In this document: positions 8,718 through 15,373 of the stretch, piece after piece
Numbering within the stretch: the first letter of the stretch is position 1
Layout of the letters: each line of letters begins with the position of its first letter
Made by a program: the position numbers and the translations under genes
Source of the DNA: Breznakia sp. PF5-3
GTDB lineage: Bacteria; Bacillota_I; Bacilli_A; Erysipelotrichales; Erysipelotrichaceae
NCBI RefSeq assembly: GCF_029504745.1
Contig: NZ_JAQFIQ010000035.1
Location: 1 to 23,612 of the forward strand
Direction: 5' to 3'
DNA: 23,612 nt
Notes under the pieces: model-generated
What the model saw: the letters and a program-made list of their open reading frames with translations, nothing else
Told to the model about the DNA's origin: nothing
Databases searched by the model: none

Positions 8718-8814
8718 GTGTTTATGAAAAATTTTCAATATTTATTGAAACTAACTTACATTTATATGGGTATGCTATAATTTTATTAAATTATTTATAA
8801 CAAGTATAAAAGAC

Positions 8815-8845
8815 TTGACCTTATCACGATGATAAGGTTTATCAT
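8815..8845 (+). promoter_or_regulatory. MerR-type promoter with a dyad operator in a 19-bp spacer
   Basis: -35 TTGACC (8815-8820), a 19-bp spacer (8821-8839) and -10 TATCAT (8840-8845). The palindrome ACCTTATCA-cga-TGATAAGGT (8818-8838) is centred in the spacer. An over-long 19-bp spacer carrying a dyad is the MerR-family signature. Confidence 0.7.
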
Positions 8846-8868
8846 GTAATTGAGCTCAGGAGGAAACC

Positions 8869-9681
8869 ATGTTTAAAATTGGAGAATTCTCAAAATTATC
8901 ACAAGTTAGTGGCAGGATGTTGCGACATTTTGATCAAATAGATATATTGAAACCAGAACAGATTGATGAAAATGGATATCGTTTATATTCATCTTTTCAA
9001 CTAGAAGAGATAATGAAAATAACAGCATTGCAAAAAGCAGGGTTTCAATTACAAGAAATTAAGCAGCTATTAGATGATAATCTCTCTGAAATAGAAAAAC
9101 AGGAAATTATTAAGATATGTAAAGAAAGGAAACAACAAGAGTATACGAAGGTGAAAAAATCGTTATCATTATTAGAAGATGTTGAACATATCCTTACACC
9201 TAAGAAAAGAATAAGACCATATCTTATGGAACTTAAAATGGTGCCGAAACACATGGTAGCTTCTTTGCGTAAACGTATTCCTTATTATAGTGAGGAAGGA
9301 ATTTTGTGGAGAGAGTTATACAATGAAATGTATAAGCACCATGTTTCGATTACTGAGAAACCACGTAAAGTAGCAATCTATCACGATGATGAATATATGG
9401 AAGAACACCCAGATGTAGAGATTCAATTATCGATCGATAGTAGGTTTGATGGAGATGAAGTCATTTGTAAGGAAGTAGCAGAACAACAGGTATTAAGTAT
9501 TACCTTTTATGGAGAATATGAGCAGATAGGTAATGTAAATATGGAAGCGATTAAATGGATGGAAGAAAACAATTATAGACTCGATGGAAAATTTTATAGT
9601 GTTTATCATATGGGGATAGATAGCACAAAGGAAAGTGAGGAGTGGAAAACAGAGTGTTGTTTTCCAGTAAAGAGAATATGA
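8869..9681 (+). CDS. MerR-family transcriptional regulator with a C-terminal GyrI-like/effector-binding domain (BmrR-like architecture)
   Basis: The N-terminus IGEFSKLSQVSGRMLRHFDQIDILKP...GYRLYS is a MerR wHTH. A coiled-coil linker follows, then a ~150-aa C-terminal domain of GyrI-like type. RBS is AGGAGG. Confidence 0.88.
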   Translation: MFKIGEFSKLSQVSGRMLRHFDQIDILKPEQIDENGYRLYSSFQLEEIMKITALQKAGFQLQEIKQLLDDNLSEIEKQEIIKICKERKQQEYTKVKKSLSLLEDVEHILTPKKRIRPYLMELKMVPKHMVASLRKRIPYYSEEGILWRELYNEMYKHHVSITEKPRKVAIYHDDEYMEEHPDVEIQLSIDSRFDGDEVICKEVAEQQVLSITFYGEYEQIGNVNMEAIKWMEENNYRLDGKFYSVYHMGIDSTKESEEWKTECCFPVKRI

Positions 9682-10292
9682 AATACGATTGGAAAAAAGA
9701 AGAAAAAGAAATATATATGCCAAAGGCAAAGCCAGAGATAAGAGTTATTGATAAGCAAAAATATATCATGATTGATGGTGAAGGAAATCCCAATGAAGAA
9801 GCGTTTGCAAAGCGTGTTGAAGCATTATATGCAGTTGCTTATGGTATTCGTATGGCACCACGTTCAAATTACGAGATTAAGGGATATTATGAATATGGAG
9901 TATATCCTTTAGAAGGAATATGGAGTACAAAGAATCCAGATAATGTATTAGATAAAAGTCAATATACGTATACAATTATGATAAGACAACCAGCTTTTGT
10001 AACGCAACATGTGTTTGAAGAAATATTAGAAAAGGTGAAAATCAAGAAAAAGCTTCCTCTTCTTGAAGATGTGCGATTTGAAGAGATGGAAGATGGCGAA
10101 GTGGTGCAAATGATGCATCAGGGGACTTACGATGATGAACCTGCAAGTTTCGCATTGATGAAAGAATATATGAAAGAACAAGGTTACAAACAACGTTGTT
10201 TTGAGCATCGAGAAATCTACTTAAACGATGCAAGAAGAGTATCCAAAGATAAGTTAAAAACAGTACTTCGTTACTTTATAAGAAAAATATAA
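9678..10292 (+). CDS. GyrI-like small-molecule-binding domain protein
   Basis: I chose the start MKYDWKKEEKEIY at 9678, which overlaps the merR stop (ATGA). The motifs KxLYxPKxKPxxVxVP...IDGxGNPN and YPLEGIW are typical of stand-alone GyrI-like proteins. The ORF's upstream ATG at 9642 lies inside merR. Confidence 0.78.
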   Translation: MKYDWKKEEKEIYMPKAKPEIRVIDKQKYIMIDGEGNPNEEAFAKRVEALYAVAYGIRMAPRSNYEIKGYYEYGVYPLEGIWSTKNPDNVLDKSQYTYTIMIRQPAFVTQHVFEEILEKVKIKKKLPLLEDVRFEEMEDGEVVQMMHQGTYDDEPASFALMKEYMKEQGYKQRCFEHREIYLNDARRVSKDKLKTVLRYFIRKI

Positions 10293-11350
10293 TGGAAAAA
10301 CATATAGTAAAGAATTTTAATCCAACAGGGGGTAAGCATTGTATCACCAACTCACTTAAACAAGTGTTTGATTATCATGGCTATCGTTTAAGTGAAGAAA
10401 TGCTATTTGGATTAGGTGCAGGATTGAATTTTTTATATATCAATTTGAAGGATGCACCAATGGTAAATGGAAGAATAAAAGTGTTTGAGTTCGAGGAGAA
10501 GTTAGCACAACGACTCAATATTAAAATCTATTGTCGCGAACCAAAAGCCTATGGATTGGCAGAGCAGAAAGCAAAAGTGATGATTAATCAAGATCATCCA
10601 GTGTTGATTTATGCAGATATGGCATACTTGCCCTATTTACAAATGAACAAAGATAGTCACTTTGGGGCACATGCAATTGTATTGTTTGGTTATGATGATT
10701 GTAAACAACAATACTATGTAAGTGATCGAGATACCCTCTTAGAACCAATTCAAACACCAAAGGGGAACATGGGTAGTGATTATCATCTTGTTTCTTATGC
10801 AGACATGGAGAAAGCAAGAAGCAGCCATTATCGACCATTTCCTACGAAGCATAAATATTTAGATATTGATTTTAATGGTTTTACTTATCCAAGTGAAGAA
10901 GTATTAATAGAAGCAATTTTGGAAACTTGTAAGGCAATGCTTGAACCAGCAACTAAAATGATGGGGATCACAGGAATCAAAAAGTTTTCTCAGGAAATAA
11001 AGAAGTGGCATAAATTTGATAAGGAAAAACAAATACGCTCTGCTATAACTAATTATTTTCAAATCAGTAAGCATGGAGGAACCGGTGGAGGGATTTTTCG
11101 CAGGATGTATGGAAATTTTCTAAAAGAGGCAGGAAATATGTATCAACGAAAAGACTGGCTCTCTATTGGTGAAGCGTATGTAGAATTGTCTGTACTGTGG
11201 GATACTATTGCTGATCAACTTTGGGATTTCAGTATTGAACAGGATCAATCAAAGCTCAATAAGATGAGTAGTTTGATTGATGAAGCTTATTATAAAGAAG
11301 AAAAAATATTACAAAGATTATTAAAAGTAACAACAGGAAACGTAGTTTAA
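10292..11350 (+). CDS. BtrH_N (Cys-peptidase-like fold) plus DUF4872-like protein
   Basis: 352 aa. The N-terminus GGKHCITNSLKQVFDYHGYRLSEEMLFGLGAGLNF resembles the BtrH N-terminal domain, with a candidate catalytic Cys and a later HAIVLFGYD His. Its start overlaps the upstream stop by 1 nt (TAATG). The family call is from memory of the motif pattern only. Confidence 0.62.
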   Translation: MEKHIVKNFNPTGGKHCITNSLKQVFDYHGYRLSEEMLFGLGAGLNFLYINLKDAPMVNGRIKVFEFEEKLAQRLNIKIYCREPKAYGLAEQKAKVMINQDHPVLIYADMAYLPYLQMNKDSHFGAHAIVLFGYDDCKQQYYVSDRDTLLEPIQTPKGNMGSDYHLVSYADMEKARSSHYRPFPTKHKYLDIDFNGFTYPSEEVLIEAILETCKAMLEPATKMMGITGIKKFSQEIKKWHKFDKEKQIRSAITNYFQISKHGGTGGGIFRRMYGNFLKEAGNMYQRKDWLSIGEAYVELSVLWDTIADQLWDFSIEQDQSKLNKMSSLIDEAYYKEEKILQRLLKVTTGNVV

Positions 11351-11363
11351 ACTACGTTTTTAT
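11338..11363 (+). terminator. Probable intrinsic terminator of the merR operon; also a TAGT-N4-ACTA dyad
   Basis: AAACGTAGT-TTAA-ACTACGTTT forms a 9-bp stem whose loop contains the TAA stop. It is followed by a T-rich tail (ttatatt). The stem is AT-rich and the U-tract is partly consumed by the stem. Confidence 0.5.
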
Positions 11364-11366
11364 ATT

Positions 11367-11442
11367 AAACTACCACAATAGTTTGACATCCATAAACTAC
11401 TGTGGTAGTATGAATGTGTCGACAAAACTATTGCAATAGTTT
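11367..11442 (+). promoter_or_regulatory. blaI-like promoter with three ACTA-N6-TAGT dyads (candidate BlaI-type operators)
   Basis: -35 TTGACA (11383-11388), a 17-bp spacer and an extended -10 TGgTAGTAT (11403-11411). The dyads are AAACTAccacaaTAGTTT (11367-11384, over the -35), AAACTActgtggTAGTAT (11394-11411, over the spacer and -10), and the perfect 18-bp palindrome AAACTATTGCAATAGTTT (11425-11442, between the TSS and the RBS). Confidence 0.6.
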
Positions 11443-11456
11443 AAAGGAGGAAAATC

Positions 11457-11816
11457 ATGTCAATAAAGTTATTTGATTCAGAATTAAAAGTTATGGATGT
11501 TTTATGGACACATGGTGATCTGAGAGCAAAAGAAATTTCAAACATTTTAAAGGAAGATATCGATTGGAATATGAATACAACGTATACGGTTATTAAGAAG
11601 TGTATTAAGAAAAAAGCGATTCAACGTTTGGAACCGAATTTTCTCTGCCATGCATTAATTAGTAAAGAAGAAGTGCAAGAACAAGAGACGGAAGAGCTTA
11701 TTGATCGAATATTTGATGGTTCTGAACAGAAGCTATTTGCTACATTATTAGGAAGAAAGAAATTGAATCCTGATCAAATCAAGAAGTTACGTGAAATGAT
11801 TGAAGAAACAGAATAG
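11457..11816 (+). CDS. BlaI/MecI/CopY-family transcriptional repressor
   Basis: 119 aa. It has SELKVMDVLWTHGDLRAKEI...W..TTYTVIKKCIKKKAI (the Penicillinase_R winged helix) and LIDRIFDGS in the dimerisation region. RBS is AAAGGAGG. Confidence 0.85.
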   Translation: MSIKLFDSELKVMDVLWTHGDLRAKEISNILKEDIDWNMNTTYTVIKKCIKKKAIQRLEPNFLCHALISKEEVQEQETEELIDRIFDGSEQKLFATLLGRKKLNPDQIKKLREMIEETE

Positions 11817-11827
11817 AGGAGATGCTT

Positions 11828-13102
11828 ATGAACTTATTAGAGATTAGTTTAAGTACAATCCTTTTAATTATTATTGTAATTGTGATTCGCTCATTAGCTA
11901 TTTATAGAGTATCGAAAAGAGTATTTGTATTTTTATGGTCTTTGATTGTATTGCGACTAATAACTCCTTTTTCGATACCAGAGAGTTGGAATGTATTTCA
12001 GCAGATAAATACTCTACAATCAAAAGAGATACCACATGTAGTGAATGTTATTCGTGATGGCGGAAATAAAGTGGTTTCTCAGACAAAGCTGCCAATAGGG
12101 AATATTGAAATTTTATATTTCCTAGGTGTGATTTTGATACTGTCATATTTTATAACCATGTATTATCATAGTCATAAGAAATTCACTAAATTACTGCCTA
12201 TTGAGAATACATATATCACGACTTGGAAAAGAACACATGCTTTGAGGAGAAACATCAGTGTTAAAGAAGCAGAGAAGATTACTTCCCCTCTTACATATGG
12301 TATTTTTAAACCAGTAATTTTACTTCCTAAAGGGTTTGATTGGCAAAATTTGGATCATGTAGATTATGTGTTTGAACATGAGTTCAATCATATTAAGAAC
12401 TTTGATGTTTTAAAGAAATTATTTTTAAATATTGTTGTTTGCATTCATTGGTTTAATCCATTTGTATGGATTTTATATGTATTAGCAAACAGGGATATTG
12501 AACTTGCATGCGATGAGAGAGTTGTTTATAAATTTGGTAAGAATAAGAAATCAGAATATGCTACAGCTTTATTGGACATTGAAGAAGATAGGGGCTTAAT
12601 GAATGCATTCTATTCTTCATTCGCACGCAATTCAATTGAAGAAAGGATAGTATTAATTATGAAAGCAAAGAAAAATTCAATCGTTGTTGCAGTATTTGCA
12701 TCAACGATATTGATTGGCGGACTTATTTATATTTCATCGCCATTGGCAATAAAAGCCACAGAAAGTGACCCAGTAAAACTTACTGATACTCAAGCTCTTG
12801 AAAATGGTGCCGATTTCCATAAAGAAGATATGAGTTATGATGAATTTAAAGCGTGGTCAGATAAACAACTGGAGCAAACACAAAAATTAGTCGATAGTGG
12901 AAAAGTTTCCAAAGAAACAATGGAACTTGAAAGAAAAGACTATGAGAATATATTAGAAGAAATTAAGAATGGTGCTAAGGTTTCAGTATCTGAGTATGGT
13001 GATGGTGAAGTGGTAATCAGTAGCGGAAATGACGAACAATATGATGCTGAAATTAACCGCAATAAAGATGAAATAACAGTGAATGTAAAAGAGAAAAAAT
13101 AG
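11828..13102 (+). CDS. M56-family (BlaR1/MecR1-like) membrane metalloprotease signal transducer with a non-PBP C-terminal domain
   Basis: HEFNH at 12377-12391 is followed by a multi-TM M56 layout (WFNPFVW). I prefer the ATG at 11828 (GAGGAG 7 nt upstream) to 11822. The C-terminal ~125 aa after the last TM helix is acidic and lysine-rich and carries no SxxK/PBP motifs. Confidence 0.8.
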   Translation: MNLLEISLSTILLIIIVIVIRSLAIYRVSKRVFVFLWSLIVLRLITPFSIPESWNVFQQINTLQSKEIPHVVNVIRDGGNKVVSQTKLPIGNIEILYFLGVILILSYFITMYYHSHKKFTKLLPIENTYITTWKRTHALRRNISVKEAEKITSPLTYGIFKPVILLPKGFDWQNLDHVDYVFEHEFNHIKNFDVLKKLFLNIVVCIHWFNPFVWILYVLANRDIELACDERVVYKFGKNKKSEYATALLDIEEDRGLMNAFYSSFARNSIEERIVLIMKAKKNSIVVAVFASTILIGGLIYISSPLAIKATESDPVKLTDTQALENGADFHKEDMSYDEFKAWSDKQLEQTQKLVDSGKVSKETMELERKDYENILEEIKNGAKVSVSEYGDGEVVISSGNDEQYDAEINRNKDEITVNVKEKK

Positions 13103-13127
13103 ACACAGTCTTAACGACTGTGTTTTT
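13103..13127. terminator. Bidirectional intrinsic terminator between convergent genes
   Basis: ACACAGTC-ttaac-GACTGTGT is a perfect 8-bp stem. It is flanked by A6 upstream and T5 downstream. The loop and 3' arm overlap the stop codon and last codons of the minus-strand gene (…EEKHSR*). Confidence 0.7.
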
Positions 13128-13551
13128 CTTCTAGATATTTTGTGACTTCAGTTTTTGTGAGCATCCGAATTTGATGTTTATCAAAAGTTTGGAAAGCTTC
13201 ATTCTTATATACAGGAACGATTGTTTTCGTTGTATTCTTATTTATATATTCTTCGGCAATCCATTGATCTGCAAAAATTTTATAAGAAATACGATTTGAT
13301 TTATGGTTTTTTACTTCATAAATTGTACAACACTTATTAGAAGCTACTTCTGCAGCTCGTAAGTATAATTTCGCAATTGATAAAGTTTTAAATGGAAAGT
13401 TCCAACGATAAAGACCACGGTTTTGATCTTTGGCGATGCAAATGCATCGTCCACAAGTTGAACAGACATATTGTTCATGCTGCTCTAAGCATTCTCTAGC
13501 ATTTAATAAAGGTGTTATTCTTGCATCTTCACTATAGCATTCTTTACACAT
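13111..13551 (-). CDS. Hypothetical Cys-rich (zinc-ribbon-like) protein
   Basis: The start MCKECYSE at 13551 has GGAGG 7 nt upstream; the ORF's first ATG at 13566 lies inside that RBS. The protein has CxxC...CxxCxxCxC in its first 45 aa. I recognise no family. Confidence 0.6.
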   Translation of the reverse strand: MCKECYSEDARITPLLNARECLEQHEQYVCSTCGRCICIAKDQNRGLYRWNFPFKTLSIAKLYLRAAEVASNKCCTIYEVKNHKSNRISYKIFADQWIAEEYINKNTTKTIVPVYKNEAFQTFDKHQIRMLTKTEVTKYLEEKHSR

Positions 13552-13578
13552 TTTGATTACCTCCATAAAAAGTATAGC

Positions 13579-13598
13579 ACAGTAGTTTTAACTACTGT
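13579..13598. promoter_or_regulatory. 20-bp palindrome carrying a TAGT-N4-ACTA dyad in the divergent promoter region
   Basis: ACAGTAGTT-tt-AACTACTGT. The core GTAGTTTTAACTAC (13582-13595) is 13/14 identical to GTAGTTTAAACTAC at 11342-11355. It lies just upstream of a minus-strand extended -10 (TGcTATACT) for the Cys-rich gene. Confidence 0.5.
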
Positions 13599-13610
13599 AG
13601 TCAATAAGAA

Positions 13611-13639
13611 TTGACACATTTTTACTTAGCGAATAAAAT
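13611..13639 (+). promoter_or_regulatory. Candidate sigma-A promoter of the GNAT gene
   Basis: TTGACA (13611-13616), a 17-bp spacer and TAAAAT (13634-13639). The ATG at 13646 is only 6 nt after the -10, which implies a leaderless or near-leaderless mRNA. Confidence 0.55.
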
Positions 13640-13645
13640 GAGGTT

Positions 13646-14206
13646 ATGAAGATAACCTACGCGATAGAAAGTGAACGGTTGTTGCTAAGAGCTTTTGACT
13701 TGGGAGATTTAGAAGATCTATATGCATTTGCAAGCGATGATGAAGTCACACGGAATGCAGGGTGGAAAAAACACAGTTGTCTGGCAGATAGTGCAGACCT
13801 TATTTTACATGCTTTGAATAAACCAACAGAATGGGCAATCGTATTGAAAAGTGAAAATCGTGTTATTGGATCACTTGGTCTTAGCGAAGATATTTTAAAA
13901 CCAGCTGTGGGCAAATGTATGGTAGGTTTTTTGTTGGCAAAGGAATACTGGGGATTTGGTTATGCATATGAAGCTACCAATACCTTATTAGAATACATTT
14001 CTTCTATATATGATTTTGAGGTAATTACGGCTTATCACTATCTCGATAATAGGCGTAGTGAAGCACTTATCAAGCGACTTGGTTTTACATACAAAGGGAT
14101 TGCAAAAGATGCGATTAAAAATGTAGATGATGAAATTGTAGATTTATGTTGTTATGAAAAAAAGAAGTCGTATGATTATAATACCTTTAAAGTAAATACT
14201 AAATAA
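13646..14206 (+). CDS. GNAT-family N-acetyltransferase (RimJ/RimL-like); the last 10 codons and the stop are supplied by the IS left end
   Basis: The N-terminus ESERLLLRAFDLGDLEDLYAFASDDEV is typical of Acetyltransf_3. The core has WGFGYAYEA and RRSEALIKRLGF. From 14174 onward the sequence belongs to the IS inverted repeat. Confidence 0.85.
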   Translation: MKITYAIESERLLLRAFDLGDLEDLYAFASDDEVTRNAGWKKHSCLADSADLILHALNKPTEWAIVLKSENRVIGSLGLSEDILKPAVGKCMVGFLLAKEYWGFGYAYEATNTLLEYISSIYDFEVITAYHYLDNRRSEALIKRLGFTYKGIAKDAIKNVDDEIVDLCCYEKKKSYDYNTFKVNTK

Positions 14207-14209
14207 AAA
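14174..14209 (+). repeat. IS left inverted repeat (IRL)
   Basis: IRL is GATTATAATACCTTTAAAGTAAATACTAAATAAAAA. The reverse complement of 15374-15409 is GATACTACTACCTGTCAAGTAAACACTAAATAAAAA. They are identical at 30/36 positions. Confidence 0.8.
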
Positions 14210-14254
14210 ACAGAGATGTTATAGTTTAGATAAATACTTTGGAGGTATTTTTAT

Positions 14255-14512
14255 ATGGGAAAACATTTGAAAAGAAGTTATGAATTAAAAAAGAAAATAG
14301 TAGAAGAACTCTTACAAGGGATGAGTTATACAGCAGTCAGCAAAAAATATGATATTCGTTCTGGTACGATTGCAAATTGGAAAAAGAAATATTTGAATGG
14401 TACATTGGCAATTGATAAGCGAGGAAGAAAACAACAAGAAATTGAAGATATTGAAATCTTAAAAAAGTCTTATGCTCTACTGAAAGAAATCCGCAGCAAG
14501 CAACCCGAATAG
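14255..14512 (+). CDS. IS3-family transposase OrfA (HTH)
   Basis: 85 aa with an HTH, GMSYTAVSKKYDIRSGTIANWKKKY, and a leucine-zipper-like C-terminus. RBS is GGAGG. Confidence 0.85.
   Translation: MGKHLKRSYELKKKIVEELLQGMSYTAVSKKYDIRSGTIANWKKKYLNGTLAIDKRGRKQQEIEDIEILKKSYALLKEIRSKQPE
14461..14467 (+). promoter_or_regulatory. Programmed -1 ribosomal frameshift heptamer A_AAA_AAG
   Basis: In the orfA frame the codons are tta AAA AAG (14459-14467). The -1 frame is open from 14455 (after TGA at 14452-14454) through to 15372. Confidence 0.7.
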
Positions 14513-15372
14513 AAAAGTATCAAATCATTGATGAATTAAGAAGCCAGTATCCAGTTATAAAAATATGCAGTGTACTAAGCATTCAACCGCAAAGTTATTA
14601 TAAATGGATTCGAGTTGGCAAACCAATTATGAATAATTACAGTGAACAAACTGCAGTTATTATTTCAGTAGAGCACAAAGTAACAAATGGTGTATATGGA
14701 ACCCATCGATTGAAACATCATATTTATCATAAACATGGTATCATTATGAATCACAAGAAAATACGTCGTTATAAAAATAGACTTCATTTACACGTGATAG
14801 TTCGAAAGAAACGCCCATTATATCTTAAAGCCGCAAAAGAAAAGAACCTTACAAATAAGGCTCTAAATCTTCTAAACTGTAACTTCACATCAGAGAAACC
14901 CCTAGAAAAGCTTTCATCTGATGTGAGTTACATTAAGTGTACTGACGGTACATTGTATCTGTCAGCAGTTAAAGATATCTTTAACAAAGAAATTATATCA
15001 TATTCAACATCTTCAAAAAACAATGAAGATTTGGTTATCAATAGTTACAATAATCTACCAAATGCACCTACATCGAATTCTATACTTCACACGGATCAGG
15101 GGAGTCTGTATCTTGCGTATGAATATGTTGAGTACATGAAAGAAATGGGATACACAAGGAGTATGTCTCAGAGAGGGTGTTGTTGGCAAAACAGTCCAAT
15201 TGAGAATTGGTTTTCTCAATTGAAAGAGGAATGGTTGCGTCCAAGATACCCATTTACAAAAAGAGAGGTAGAAGAGGAAATTAAAAAATACGTTCTATGG
15301 TATAACACAGAACGTATTCAAAAGGGGTTAGATTATCTTTCTCCTATTCAGTATAAACTTTTAAATACTTAA
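14467..15372 (+). CDS. IS3-family transposase OrfB (DDE/rve), expressed as an OrfAB fusion by -1 frameshift
   Basis: The -1 frame reads ...EKYQIIDELRSQYPVIKICSVLSIQPQSYYKWI (HTH_21-like). It continues with SSDVSYI (D), HTDQGSLY (D), NSPIENWFSQLKEE (E) and a WYNTERIQ tail. The first ATG in this frame is at 14629. Confidence 0.85.
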   Translation, partial: VLCSTERNPQQATRIEKYQIIDELRSQYPVIKICSVLSIQPQSYYKWIRVGKPIMNNYSEQTAVIISVEHKVTNGVYGTHRLKHHIYHKHGIIMNHKKIRRYKNRLHLHVIVRKKRPLYLKAAKEKNLTNKALNLLNCNFTSEKPLEKLSSDVSYIKCTDGTLYLSAVKDIFNKEIISYSTSSKNNEDLVINSYNNLPNAPTSNSILHTDQGSLYLAYEYVEYMKEMGYTRSMSQRGCCWQNSPIENWFSQLKEEWLRPRYPFTKREVEEEIKKYVLWYNTERIQKGLDYLSPIQYKLLNT

Positions 15373-15373
15373 C

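Noticed and set aside
8541-8868. A T-box riboswitch or TRAP-binding leader upstream of aroB
   Set aside because: The transcribed leader is only about 140 nt. It has no T-box consensus (…GGUGGnACC…), no specifier-loop or K-turn features, and only two UAG/GAG triplets rather than a spaced array of them.
9642-9677. Upstream in-frame ATGs offered by the ORF track for several genes: 9642, 19160, 20435, 20670, 924, 6452, 13566 and 11822
   Set aside because: In each case a downstream ATG has a properly spaced SD and matches the conserved N-terminus of the family. The extension overlaps the preceding gene or contains the RBS itself.
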